From positions 114,961 to 178,960 of the IMG/VR virus record IMGVR_UViG_2548876794_000003: a DNA stretch of 64,000 nucleotides; one strand, 5' to 3'. The number at the start of each line of letters is the position of its first letter. Positions within the stretch are counted from its first letter, which is position 1. Shown here one piece after another: positions 30,898 to 40,519 of this stretch. The translations under genes were made by a program, and so were the position numbers. The notes under the pieces are model-generated. The model made no database searches. It worked only from the letters and a program-made list of their open reading frames with translations, and had not been told where the DNA came from. The stretch is from a virus. Its lineage: Duplodnaviria; Caudoviricetes.

Positions 30898-31913
30898 CTT
30901 ATCAAGAACTGGGTGGAGCGAAGGACGGTTATTTCGCTCGAAAGATTTACATTCCAGTTGACGATACCTATTACGAGAACGTTAATAAGCACGTAAAGAA
31001 ATACAGAACAACAGATTGCTATACGTCAGTCTACATATATGACACGACCGAAATTGATAAAGCGATGATGTACGGTCCGGTTTACTTAGACTTGGATGGC
31101 AAGCTCGATACAGACGAGGACTTCAACGCCTTAAAACGTGACGTACTAATGTCCGTTGGCGCACTTGAATTACTGTTCGGTATTCCCGAAGATCAAGTTG
31201 AGCTATATTTCTCTGGTTCAAAAGGGTTTCACATCCTAGTGCAACCAGAATCATTTGGCCTTGTGCCTGTGAAAAACCTTGAAGTTTACTACAAAGCGAT
31301 TGCGGTAAAAATCAATAGCCTAACAATTGGTGGCTTCATTGATACATCCATCTTCGATAAGAAGCGATTGTTCAGAATGCCAAACACCATCAACAGCAAA
31401 ACCGGTCTGTACAAGGTACCTATTACGATTGATGAATTGCGCAAAACAGATTTAACAGAAATGAAGCAGTACGCTTCTCAACAGCATCAAGTTGACTGGC
31501 CACAAAAGAAAATGGTGCAAGGAGCCTTACAAAAAATCGTAAGCAATGCTGAAAACCTAGTGACTGCCACACATAGGAAAAGCAATCCGAAAAGCATCGT
31601 CTCATTTAAGAAGCGTCCACCACTGCCATGTGTACAGCTATTAATTGAGCAAGGTTCTAAAGAAGGGCATCGTAATAATGACTGTGTTGCTATCGCATCT
31701 AGCCTAGCACAAGCGGGCTATTCGCTAGACGAAGCAACAGAAATTATGGCGTCATGGAATGACAATACGGAACCACCGTTACCATTCAGTGAAGTAATGC
31801 GTACGGTAAGAAGTGCATATGATATTGCAAAAGCAGGGCGAGGTTACGGTTGTAACTACTTCAAACGAAGCGGCTATTGCGTAGGAGAAACATGTAAGCT
31901 ATTCAAAAAATAA
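30885..31913 (+). CDS. Archaeo-eukaryotic primase (AEP) with PriCT-1-like and Cys-rich C-terminus
   Basis: Motif I YLDLD, motif II YFSGSKGFH, motif III D...RLFRMPNT; EGHRNN PriCT signature. Confidence 0.85.
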   Translation: MESVAYQELGGAKDGYFARKIYIPVDDTYYENVNKHVKKYRTTDCYTSVYIYDTTEIDKAMMYGPVYLDLDGKLDTDEDFNALKRDVLMSVGALELLFGIPEDQVELYFSGSKGFHILVQPESFGLVPVKNLEVYYKAIAVKINSLTIGGFIDTSIFDKKRLFRMPNTINSKTGLYKVPITIDELRKTDLTEMKQYASQQHQVDWPQKKMVQGALQKIVSNAENLVTATHRKSNPKSIVSFKKRPPLPCVQLLIEQGSKEGHRNNDCVAIASSLAQAGYSLDEATEIMASWNDNTEPPLPFSEVMRTVRSAYDIAKAGRGYGCNYFKRSGYCVGETCKLFKK

Positions 31914-31939
31914 TACTTTTAAGGGAGAACGACTAAACT

Positions 31940-33102
31940 ATGAATCCATTTACAGCATACAAACAATTAAACGATATTGAAGCAACAACAGAGGAAACAG
32001 TAAACGAAAATCTATTCGCAACAAAACCGCAATTAAACTTTGAAATCCAAGAGGGCGCAATCATTGAAGATGCAGAAGATGGTGACGAGCTTATCGGTAA
32101 CATTGACTTCTTCAAGGAATCAGATGATGACTTAGATAGCTTTGAGGAACGAGCTTGGAAAAAAGGTGCTGGCTACAAACTGCCAAACTTCCCCGAAGTA
32201 GAAGAGCGACTAGAAGGCCTTGAATCTGGTCTGTATATTTTCGCCGGTGAATCCAATATGGGTAAAACGGCAGCAATGATGGCGATGTTATACGATGTCG
32301 GCATGTGCGAAGAAAATAACGTGCTTGCGCTACTAATCACAATTGATGACACGAAAGATGAAGTGCTACCTCGTGTCATTGCCGCAGAACAACGCATTCC
32401 AATTTCAGCCGTTGGCAAACCAAGCCGATACGTTGAAGAAATCAATAATGGTTCTCCCGACACACTAAAATTTGAAGAGTACTTAGAAAAACGAAAAAAG
32501 GAATTCAACTCTTGAAAGATAAGAAGAATATGTTTAAAGTAGTAGATGCTTTAAAGGATGAGACTAAAAACCTACGTTATGCCGAAGGAATTGAAGAGTA
32601 TATTAGGAAGCTAGTCCTATATTTGAAAGCAGTTGATCCAGAGAGAAAACTGGTTGTGGGTATTGATTCCCTTAACGATGTACAGCACATGGGCAAGAGC
32701 TTAGAAGCGAAAGAGCGTAATGAAAAAACAGCTAAGTGGTCGAAGGGGCTTGCGAAGCGTTTCGACATTCCTGTATTCGGTACAACGCATTTAAGAAAAC
32801 TAAATGGCAACCGTCGTCCAACGACAGAAGATTTGAAAGATACAGTTGAGTATCAATACGAATCATCAGTGCTGTTCCTAGTTTATAACGATGTTTCTAA
32901 GAATAAAGAAGCTGCTGGCGTATTCTACACTGACACTGAAATCGAAGGACGTCGTCCGATTATCGAATTGGACTGGGCTAAAAATAAGAAATCTTCATAC
33001 AAAGGCCGTACGTACTCATTCTTTGTTCCAGACCAGTCTCGCTTACAAGAAGTGGACGCTGAAACAAAACGAAGCTACGACACAATTATTTTAGAAGGAT
33101 AA
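31940..33102 (+). CDS. dnaB: DnaB-like SF4 replicative helicase, split into two ORFs (31940-32515, 32512-33102) by a -1 frame change
   Basis: Walker A AGESNMGKT in ORF1; Walker B VVGIDSL, HLRKLNGNRRP, DLKDTVEYQYES and AKNK in ORF2; a -1 shift at A_AAA_AAG (32494-32500) joins them. Confidence 0.8.
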
Positions 33103-33116
33103 GGAGAATCATTCAC

Positions 33117-33407
33117 ATGTTATATTTTCAACCAATTTACCAAGGCGAGCCTACAATTACATTAGGCAACCGTCAAGATGTATGTGTCATTAGTTCCGCT
33201 AAATACACATCATCAAAAAACGCTACGTTAAGTGGCGCTGAAATTGAGCTACGTAAAACAATGCCACTAGAAGGAAAGCCTGTTTTTAAATTCCGCCAAT
33301 ACGGTCGTGACGTTTGTTTATCAATTGAAGCAATGCGTGAAGTCGTTGAGCAGTACGACAGCGAGCAAGCTATTAAAGTAGAAGCAGCTAACGTAGATGC
33401 TGAATAA
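33117..33407 (+). CDS. Hypothetical protein
   Basis: AAGGAG RBS. Confidence 0.55.
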   Translation: MLYFQPIYQGEPTITLGNRQDVCVISSAKYTSSKNATLSGAEIELRKTMPLEGKPVFKFRQYGRDVCLSIEAMREVVEQYDSEQAIKVEAANVDAE

Positions 33408-33618
33408 AAAGCAATGGAGTGCAAAGGGAGCAAGAGATAACTGCCCACGCTTCGCTCTATGCCCTATGTGCTATGGTTGCAGAAACTTTGATTCTAGCTT
33501 GGAGGATTGCAGAGCTTGCCAAGAGGATAATGCAAAAGACAATATCTGTGCTACGGAACGTCACACACCAGATCGTTTAGCGATGATGATTCGGAGGGAA
33601 ACGATTGTTGCGAAATAA
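33397..33618 (+). CDS. Small Cys-rich (Zn/Fe-binding) protein
   Basis: CPRFALCPMCYGC...CRAC...C...H. Confidence 0.55.
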   Translation: MLNKKQWSAKGARDNCPRFALCPMCYGCRNFDSSLEDCRACQEDNAKDNICATERHTPDRLAMMIRRETIVAK

Positions 33619-33994
33619 AACAACTTGTTATAGTGGCTATATTTCATCCGCTTCATTCGACTTGGCAGATGAATTAGCTATTAAACATAACTTAACTGCA
33701 GACGAAGCATTCTTCGCCAGTGCATTAATTGAACTACATAAATTACATAAGAGTAACGAAATCAAACGTTCTAGTTTTAGAGGAATAACGGATGATAGCG
33801 TAATGAAAGCAACGAGTGCTGTTGCGACACATATCGGTACGAAGATTATCGTATCAAAACATAACAAAGCAATTCATGATTCCGCAGATACTTACATCTA
33901 TAAAGATGCAGGGGAAAGCGGCCATACATATTTTACATTCGGAGTCGAATGTTACAAGAACCGCAAAAACTTCAATATTATTTGTATTTTATAG
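33605..33994 (+). CDS. Hypothetical protein
   Basis: GGAGGG RBS + TTG; coupled to neighbours. Confidence 0.5.
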   Translation: MLRNKTTCYSGYISSASFDLADELAIKHNLTADEAFFASALIELHKLHKSNEIKRSSFRGITDDSVMKATSAVATHIGTKIIVSKHNKAIHDSADTYIYKDAGESGHTYFTFGVECYKNRKNFNIICIL

Positions 33995-34005
33995 GAGGAC
34001 TAAAA

Positions 34006-34476
34006 ATGAACGATATTAAATCAACTGCATTAGAAAGCATTGCTTATGAGGATATTAAAAGTATTGTTACAGCTATGCTGAAAGAACATGCAAGCAAAGA
34101 AACACTTCAAGCGAGCGATGAATTGCATTCCCTTTTACATGGGCTACTAATTCATCGTGGCGTTATTCACGAAGATCAACCACAACAAGGTTTTGAAGAT
34201 GTATTAGCGGCAGCATGCCTGTTGCACAATATCCACTCAGTTGAAAAACCTAGCGACTTATTCTTCGTACGTGACTTATTTGAACAATACAATGCAGAGT
34301 TCACACTGCCACAACAAATCATTGATGCAATTTGTGCTTCAATTGAAGGCAAGTTTGGTGTAAACTCTCCAGTGAAATCGTGCATTCCGCAACAAGGAAC
34401 CCCAACAGCAATGTTTGCTGACGCTTGTTGGATGCAAACATACATGAAAAACCTAGCGACGATTGAGCACATCTAA
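34006..34476 (+). CDS. HD-fold-like protein with a degenerate motif
   Basis: DVLAAACLLHNI and a later FAD resemble the HD superfamily, but HD is HN; AGGAGG RBS before 34006. Confidence 0.45.
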   Translation: MNDIKSTALESIAYEDIKSIVTAMLKEHASKETLQASDELHSLLHGLLIHRGVIHEDQPQQGFEDVLAAACLLHNIHSVEKPSDLFFVRDLFEQYNAEFTLPQQIIDAICASIEGKFGVNSPVKSCIPQQGTPTAMFADACWMQTYMKNLATIEHI

Positions 34477-35186
34477 TGGATGTGACTGAACAACAACTGT
34501 TCGACTATCTGCAGTGTCCTGTTTACTATGACATCACAGTAAATAAGAAGCTACCGTCTGAACAACCCGTACAGCTTTCGGACTTGTTGATGAAAGTTAC
34601 GCGATTTTTCTACTTGCAGTTGAGCCTTGGGGAAGTACCAACACTTGCAACATTGAAACGAAAATGGGATATGGTATTCCAACCGTATCAAGAAATCCTC
34701 GGTGAGAAAAAAGCCATCGAAGGATTACAGCTATTAATGAAACTATACGATTGGGCGAAGGAGACGAAGTTGGTTGTTATCGACATCGACTCTCCTTATG
34801 CAATTACTTCTGGTAAGAATAAACTAGAAGGCGTTATGGGTGTTATCGCTGCTGGCAAAAATGGCAGAGACGAGCTGCTCGTAACAAGCTTTTCTCCACG
34901 AATGTCACACGAAGATCTAGACGCATTAAAATTAAAATACACGATTGACTCGTACGCATACCGTTTGAAATACGGTAAAGATTTAAGTGGTATTCGCATA
35001 CATCATGTGAAGCATGGGAAGGACAGCCTTACGTTCAGAAAAAACTCAGACTACGAACGACTATTCGGAACGATAAATGGTGTGTGTAAAAGCTTAGAAA
35101 ACAACATCTATTACGTTCGCGATCATTATGGCTGCGCTATATGTCCTGTTAATAATCTGTGCAAGTACTGGTTCAATAACTATTAA
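34476..35186 (+). CDS. PD-(D/E)XK / RecB-Cas4-like nuclease-fold protein with Fe-S staple cysteines
   Basis: YLQCPVYY at the N-terminus, CAICPVNNLC at the C-terminus, Y-x-Y-A motif; catalytic residues look degenerate. Confidence 0.6.
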   Translation: MDVTEQQLFDYLQCPVYYDITVNKKLPSEQPVQLSDLLMKVTRFFYLQLSLGEVPTLATLKRKWDMVFQPYQEILGEKKAIEGLQLLMKLYDWAKETKLVVIDIDSPYAITSGKNKLEGVMGVIAAGKNGRDELLVTSFSPRMSHEDLDALKLKYTIDSYAYRLKYGKDLSGIRIHHVKHGKDSLTFRKNSDYERLFGTINGVCKSLENNIYYVRDHYGCAICPVNNLCKYWFNNY

Positions 35187-35199
35187 GGGGGTGAAGCAC

Positions 35200-35334
35200 A
35201 TGGACGTTAAAGAACACCAAGACTATTTCGAAGCGGAAGATCCCGCTACAAAGGTGCCGATGCCAGAGAAAGAAGCGTTAATGCCTAATTCAAAAAACGG
35301 CAAACAAGTAAGTCAACCAAAGAAAAAGAATTAG
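35200..35334 (+). CDS. Small hypothetical protein (44 aa)
   Basis: AAGGGGGTG RBS before ATG 35200. Confidence 0.45.
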   Translation: MDVKEHQDYFEAEDPATKVPMPEKEALMPNSKNGKQVSQPKKKN

Positions 35335-35356
35335 GGGATAAGGGTAGGCGAGAAAC

Positions 35357-36031
35357 ATGGTAAAAGCATTAGTGAAAGGTAAAGCGAAGGTAAACGTCAA
35401 GAAGAGCTCAAAGCCAGAGCACAATTCGGGACCGGTAAAACTTCAACCAAAGTTTGAATCGGATGGCTGTGTGTTTAAAACAAAATTGATGCTCTTATAC
35501 TACCTACGTTTGAAAGAGCTAATGGCCAATGGCTTCATTCAATCATTTGATGTACCACACCAAACTATTGAAACCGATGAACAAGGAAACGAACGATATA
35601 CGACTAAAGAGCTTAATGGAAAGAAGCTCAATAGCAGTAAATGCTATATCAATGGAATCGAGTTCGACTCCGTACAAGAATCAAAATTCTACTTGTTCCT
35701 AATGGAGAAAAAAGCTACGGGTAAAATCATAGACTTTTTACTACAACCTACCTATGTATTAATGAATAGTTATCGCCGCAAAGAAGATAACAAGATGGTT
35801 CGCAAGATGACGTATAGTGCCGATTTCCTTGTTATGCGCAATGATGAAAGCATTGTTGCGATTGATACAAAGGGATTCGAAACAGATACGTTTAAAATCA
35901 AACGCAAGCTATATGATTTTTTACATGAACACTTACCAGAAATGTATCCTAAACTGGTGCTGATTAAAATTCGTGAACGGATTAAAGGAGATGCTTGGTT
36001 CAACATGGATTCGGACGAGGAGATTCGTTAG
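35357..36031 (+). CDS. DUF1064-like PD-(D/E)XK endonuclease
   Basis: INGIEFDSVQES, LQPTYVL, TYSADF, IDTKG, FKIKRKL motifs. Confidence 0.75.
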   Translation: MVKALVKGKAKVNVKKSSKPEHNSGPVKLQPKFESDGCVFKTKLMLLYYLRLKELMANGFIQSFDVPHQTIETDEQGNERYTTKELNGKKLNSSKCYINGIEFDSVQESKFYLFLMEKKATGKIIDFLLQPTYVLMNSYRRKEDNKMVRKMTYSADFLVMRNDESIVAIDTKGFETDTFKIKRKLYDFLHEHLPEMYPKLVLIKIRERIKGDAWFNMDSDEEIR

Positions 36032-36041
36032 GAGACAATTA

Positions 36042-36989
36042 GTGAACGAAGAACTAGACTTTATCACTTCTGAGGTTGATGACAATGAAGAATTGTCGCA
36101 ACGTGAAGTGTATGAGCAAAAGCAAATCGCATGGCAAGAAATCGAAGATCTAGTCATGATTTATAAAAAACGTTTCGACGATGAAAAAGTAGACGACGAA
36201 GTTATCGCAGCTTCGGAACGCGCAGGGGAAGAACTGATTGCACGATTTGAAAACTTATTCCATAAGTATTCATCACTCGTACGCACAGGTAACTTCAATT
36301 GGAGAGATCGTACTTCCAAAAAATTCGTTCGTCTATTCATCGACGACCAACAGTTGAAATCAGCACTTTCGAGAACAAAAAGTAACAACCAGTTTCGCCG
36401 CAAGATTCACGACAAATTCAATTTCGTCGTGGACACATACGGTGCGCTAGACGAGGAATATATTTTAAGCGACCTTCACACAGTCTTTTGTGACTTGATG
36501 AAGCGCTACGAGCCGATGGGCAGAACATTCTGCGGATACATTAATAATGCATTCCGATTCTATTTATACCGTCACATCACTTCATACATAAAAGAACCAA
36601 TGTCTGTTAAAAGCAACGTGATTGAATTTAAAAGCGAGATTGTAGATGATGAAACATTGCATGAATACAATCGAGAAGGCGTCATCACAAAAGAAGAAGA
36701 TGACACATTCGAACACAACCTGGGGATTCCAGATGAGCGTTGGATTACTGGTGAGGAATGCGGTGAAGCCTTCCAAGGTCTTACGCCAATTCAACGCAAG
36801 ATTATCGTGAAGTACTATCTTGAAAACTGGAACGACCGACAAATCAGTGATGCTTATTGCATGCACATCAACGCTGTAAACCAATTACGCAGACGAGCAA
36901 TACGAACAATTGCAGAATCGCAAGGCATTAATTTAGAGTGGATCCGACGAGTTCGAAACTCTGGCGCAAAAGCGCGTTTGCCGAAGTAA
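36042..36989 (+). CDS. Phage RNA polymerase sigma-70 family factor
   Basis: Region-2-like LIARFENL...RYEPMGRTFCGY and region-4 HTH LTPIQRKIIVKYYLENWNDRQISDAYCMHINAVNQLRRRAIRTI. Confidence 0.8.
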   Translation: MNEELDFITSEVDDNEELSQREVYEQKQIAWQEIEDLVMIYKKRFDDEKVDDEVIAASERAGEELIARFENLFHKYSSLVRTGNFNWRDRTSKKFVRLFIDDQQLKSALSRTKSNNQFRRKIHDKFNFVVDTYGALDEEYILSDLHTVFCDLMKRYEPMGRTFCGYINNAFRFYLYRHITSYIKEPMSVKSNVIEFKSEIVDDETLHEYNREGVITKEEDDTFEHNLGIPDERWITGEECGEAFQGLTPIQRKIIVKYYLENWNDRQISDAYCMHINAVNQLRRRAIRTIAESQGINLEWIRRVRNSGAKARLPK

Positions 36990-36991
36990 CA

Positions 36992-37020
36992 AAAAAGTAG
37001 CCCTTTATGGCTACTTTTTT
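36992..37020 (+). terminator. Intrinsic terminator
   Basis: AAAAAGTAGCC...GGCTACTTTTTT. Confidence 0.75.
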
Positions 37021-37031
37021 GTCGTTTACAC

Positions 37032-37092
37032 TTGTAATTATAGGTATAAGGTGCTATTATTATCACATAAAGGTTCACAACTGTTGTGAACT
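37032..37092 (+). promoter_or_regulatory. sigmaA promoter with a downstream palindromic operator
   Basis: TTGTAA-17-TATTAT with extended TG; perfect palindrome GTTCACAAC-T-GTTGTGAAC at 37073-37091. Confidence 0.7.
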
Positions 37093-37113
37093 ATCAAGGA
37101 GCTGAAATTAAAT

Positions 37114-37290
37114 ATGGCAATTAAAGAGGGCAACTGTTATTTAAACTTAGTTGTTTCACAAGAAGTAAAAGACGCTATTAAGGCGATTGCAGAAGAGGAA
37201 GGCAGCACAGTATCGAAGATTGGTGCTCGTATCATCTCTAGGTCAGAGGAGGTGAAGAAAATTGTGGAAGCTAAGAGACAAGCAGACTAA
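37114..37290 (+). CDS. 58-aa ribbon-helix-helix (CopG/Arc-like) regulator (absent from the ORF track)
   Basis: AAGGAG RBS; MAIKEGNCYLNLVVSQEVKDAIKAIAEEEGSTVSKIGARIISRSEEVKKIVEAKRQAD shows the beta-strand + helix + G-x-T-V-S helix pattern. Confidence 0.7.
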   Translation: MAIKEGNCYLNLVVSQEVKDAIKAIAEEEGSTVSKIGARIISRSEEVKKIVEAKRQAD

Positions 37291-38959
37291 CGTTGACGGT
37301 GGCGACAATAAGCTATTGAAAATAGTGCTGGAGAATCGTGGGATAGAGAGTAACTCGATTGACCGTATCTTCAACAACCCACTCGATGTACTTATTCCAG
37401 CGGAGAAAATCGTCAACGGAATGAAGGCCGCAGAAGTAATCGTTCAAGCGATTGAAGCGAATGCAGAGATTTGGACTTTTAATGACTATGATTGCGATGG
37501 CATGACGAGTGGATTTATTATGACAGATTTCTTACGCAGGATTTCAGACAACACAGTCTATCCTTATTATCCGAACAGAACAGAAGGTTATGGGTTGAGC
37601 ATGAGCTTCTGCAGACGAATCGTTAAACGAATGCAGGAAGTCAATAAGCCTGTACTCGTTATCACGAATGATAATGGCGTGACGAAGGTGGAAGAGGTTG
37701 CTTACTTGAAAGCGAATGGCGTTGAGGTTGTCGTGACCGACCACCACGAGCCTAAAGAAGTGCTGCCCGACTGTGTAGTCGTTAATCCTCACATTGAAAC
37801 AGACACGACGTTCCACCATCTTTGCGGTGCGGGTGTAAGTTACAAAGTCATTCAGTGCATTGAAAAATATGCAGACTTAAACGAGTACAGTCAAGACTAT
37901 CTGTACGCTGTAGCATTAGGTACTGTCGCAGATATGATGCCACCGCATGAAGAGAACCAAGTCATGATTCGATTAGGGATTATGCAAATGAATTCTCGAA
38001 AATATTGTCCTTCAAATATTGCGCAGTTCAAAAAGCATCTAGGTATGGAAAGCGTTACACCAGTCAGCATCGCATGGGAATTTGGACCACGACTAAATGC
38101 GACTGGTCGAATGGGTGAAGTCGATGTAGGTGCGGGATTCTTCTATGAGCAAGATGTTGATACGGTACTTGAATACGTTGAACGAATTGAAAAGTTGAAT
38201 AACGAACGTAAAAGCAGAACAAACGAAGCGAAGAAAATCATCGGTAGCATGGACTTCCCACCGGAGAACGCCGCTATCTTATTTGATGCGACAGGGTTCC
38301 CGAAAGGAATTACAGGCATTGTAGCAAGTAAGGTTCTCGATAAAACGATGAAACCTGCATTAGCTTATTCGGTCAGTGGAAACGGAACGCTCACTGGATC
38401 AGCACGAGTGCCAGAAGGTATCGACTTAATTCCAGCACTTGAAACAGCTGTTGAGCAGGGCGTCATTGAATCGTATGGCGGTCACGCACAAGCTGCAGGG
38501 TTTAACCTAAAGCCCGAAAACATCGAAGCCTTCCAAGCTGTTCTAAACAAAGAGCTTAAAGAAAGCGTGGATAACTTAGAAATAGATGACACTGTATTGG
38601 TTGATAGTGAAATCCATATTGCAGACCTAAATAAAAATAACTTCTATGCGTTGAATACACTGTATTATGACCGAGAAAAATTCATGCGTCCGTTATTCGT
38701 ATTAAAAGGTGTGACAGTGAAGGCACATAAAGTATCTAAAAAGAATAAAGATAATATCGAATTTGAAATAGACGATGGTCAACGTACCTTGAAGATATGG
38801 GCATGGGGACAAGGCATACGCTACTCGCAACTAGGAGAGCCCAAAACAATTGATATTGTTGGCTCAATCGACATCAACTTTTTAAATAAACGATATGCTA
38901 CGTTGAATGTATCGAACATATTCGTTGCAGAGAAAAGTACAGCAACCATTGCATCGTAA
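37262..38959 (+). CDS. recJ: RecJ-like ssDNA 5'-3' exonuclease (DHH/DHHA1)
   Basis: DYDCDG, TNDNG, TDHH, LGTVAD, PRLNATGR, GGHAQAAG motifs. Confidence 0.92.
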   Translation: MWKLRDKQTNVDGGDNKLLKIVLENRGIESNSIDRIFNNPLDVLIPAEKIVNGMKAAEVIVQAIEANAEIWTFNDYDCDGMTSGFIMTDFLRRISDNTVYPYYPNRTEGYGLSMSFCRRIVKRMQEVNKPVLVITNDNGVTKVEEVAYLKANGVEVVVTDHHEPKEVLPDCVVVNPHIETDTTFHHLCGAGVSYKVIQCIEKYADLNEYSQDYLYAVALGTVADMMPPHEENQVMIRLGIMQMNSRKYCPSNIAQFKKHLGMESVTPVSIAWEFGPRLNATGRMGEVDVGAGFFYEQDVDTVLEYVERIEKLNNERKSRTNEAKKIIGSMDFPPENAAILFDATGFPKGITGIVASKVLDKTMKPALAYSVSGNGTLTGSARVPEGIDLIPALETAVEQGVIESYGGHAQAAGFNLKPENIEAFQAVLNKELKESVDNLEIDDTVLVDSEIHIADLNKNNFYALNTLYYDREKFMRPLFVLKGVTVKAHKVSKKNKDNIEFEIDDGQRTLKIWAWGQGIRYSQLGEPKTIDIVGSIDINFLNKRYATLNVSNIFVAEKSTATIAS

Positions 38960-38990
38960 TGATGTAGTGTAATTGAAGGGAGGTGAAAGT

Positions 38991-39359
38991 ATGAAGCTAC
39001 CAGTTAAAACATTTTACTTTAATCAGCATTCGCACACAGCTCGTCTAAATGTAGGAACAATGAAAACGTATCTTGAAGTGAAGTTCAGCGTAAGCATTAA
39101 ATTGGAGAGCCGCGTGAAGCAAGCACTTTTAAACGGTGATGATGTTGAGTTGATTGCAGATGGCATCAAGGACAAACGAGTGTCTGTTGTTATTCCTAGT
39201 TCAACTGCTCAATTGCGTATAGCTAGTATCGAAAAGCGAACGAAAGATTATTACCGAGACTTACCAATCAACGAATCGAAGATCGTCGAGAAATCCGTAT
39301 TCACTATTTATGTTAATCAGCCGAACTTTTTAGAAGTGACTGAATCAGAAAAGGAATGA
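38991..39359 (+). CDS. Hypothetical protein
   Basis: GGGAGG RBS before ATG 38991. Confidence 0.55.
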   Translation: MKLPVKTFYFNQHSHTARLNVGTMKTYLEVKFSVSIKLESRVKQALLNGDDVELIADGIKDKRVSVVIPSSTAQLRIASIEKRTKDYYRDLPINESKIVEKSVFTIYVNQPNFLEVTESEKE

Positions 39360-39363
39360 TTAA

Positions 39364-39738
39364 ATGAACTTGCTAGACATGTTAGTTAAGAAGATGGTTC
39401 ATGCTCCGTATGGCATTGTAAAATGTTCATCCGTAGCGTTAGATGCAAAAGCCAACGGGAGAATAACAATGGCCTTTCAGTGCAAAGGTAGACAAACTTT
39501 TATTGAATCGCATCAAGCGATTATAAATTCATTGATGAAGCCATATACTTTATTCGATGTTGAGTGCGAAGGCGAAATTATCATCGTTAAAAATAGAGAT
39601 GTGCTAGATCGTTGCTTTGGAAAAGCGCGTAGGGAAGATGGCGTACTGTTTGTTGAGCTTATCGTAGAATGCACTAGCGCTCGTAAAATCACCTCATTGG
39701 AATCTGCAATTCAATTGGTATACAAAGGGGTGGCGTAG
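39364..39738 (+). CDS. Hypothetical protein (MNLLDM N-terminus)
   Basis: AAAGGA RBS. Confidence 0.55.
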   Translation: MNLLDMLVKKMVHAPYGIVKCSSVALDAKANGRITMAFQCKGRQTFIESHQAIINSLMKPYTLFDVECEGEIIIVKNRDVLDRCFGKARREDGVLFVELIVECTSARKITSLESAIQLVYKGVA

Positions 39739-40166
39739 TGAATCTACTTGATATGATGATGGATAAAAATGAGACATCTATCTGTGTCGTGTGGGCTTAT
39801 GATGCAAGGCTCGATTCTATAAAAGAGCATAGGATTTCTTTATATAGACGCTCCCGAGAAGAACGCTTTATATCTGAGCCGCGATACGACTTGCGTTATC
39901 GAACAGAAGCACCACAGTTATCTGCAGAAGAATACAAAAAACAAGATGTGTTCATTATTCGATTCAAGGATAGGAAAGACCTATGCCTTCTAATAAACAA
40001 AAGCGATATTTGCTATCGTACCAATCACGAAAATAAAAAGCTAAACGAACGAAGCGCACACTTAAAGCTATTCAATGTACTTGCATTTAATTTCTTTGAT
40101 GATGCGTTGAATGCAGCACAGCGAGTAAGAGATGTCGTAAAGGATCCTGCTGCCACATGGATTTAA
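39738..40166 (+). CDS. Hypothetical protein (MNLLDM N-terminus)
   Basis: Coupled GTG start; AAGGGG RBS. Confidence 0.55.
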   Translation: MNLLDMMMDKNETSICVVWAYDARLDSIKEHRISLYRRSREERFISEPRYDLRYRTEAPQLSAEEYKKQDVFIIRFKDRKDLCLLINKSDICYRTNHENKKLNERSAHLKLFNVLAFNFFDDALNAAQRVRDVVKDPAATWI

Positions 40167-40507
40167 TTTATTGCTTACATCGCCTAGAAGGACTACGCAT
40201 GCTGAGGACCGTTCGAAGAATGATAGGTGTAGATGTGGAAAATACGTTCATTATCTTCGCATCACTGAACCGAGTGAATGAAAGTATCGAGATAATAGAG
40301 AAATACTTTTCATACGTAACACGAACACCTATTAGTAAGCTGTCCTTTTCATATAACCAGAAGCGTACTACTATTCGTGGACGCACTATATACGAAACAC
40401 ATATTTCCGTTGATGGATGGTTTAACGAAATCATCCCCATGGAAGAAATGAATACCCGACTAACAAATGCTTATTTAAAACTAGAGCAAAATAATAAAAA
40501 CGAATAG
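40157..40507 (+). CDS. Hypothetical protein
   Basis: Overlapping start; AAGGA RBS. Confidence 0.5.
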   Translation: MDLIYCLHRLEGLRMLRTVRRMIGVDVENTFIIFASLNRVNESIEIIEKYFSYVTRTPISKLSFSYNQKRTTIRGRTIYETHISVDGWFNEIIPMEEMNTRLTNAYLKLEQNNKNE

Positions 40508-40519
40508 AGGAAATATCTT

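Noticed and set aside
34476-35186. Cas4 as evidence of a CRISPR system
   Set aside because: Solo RecB/Cas4-like genes are common in phage replication modules, and there are no cas1/cas2 genes or array
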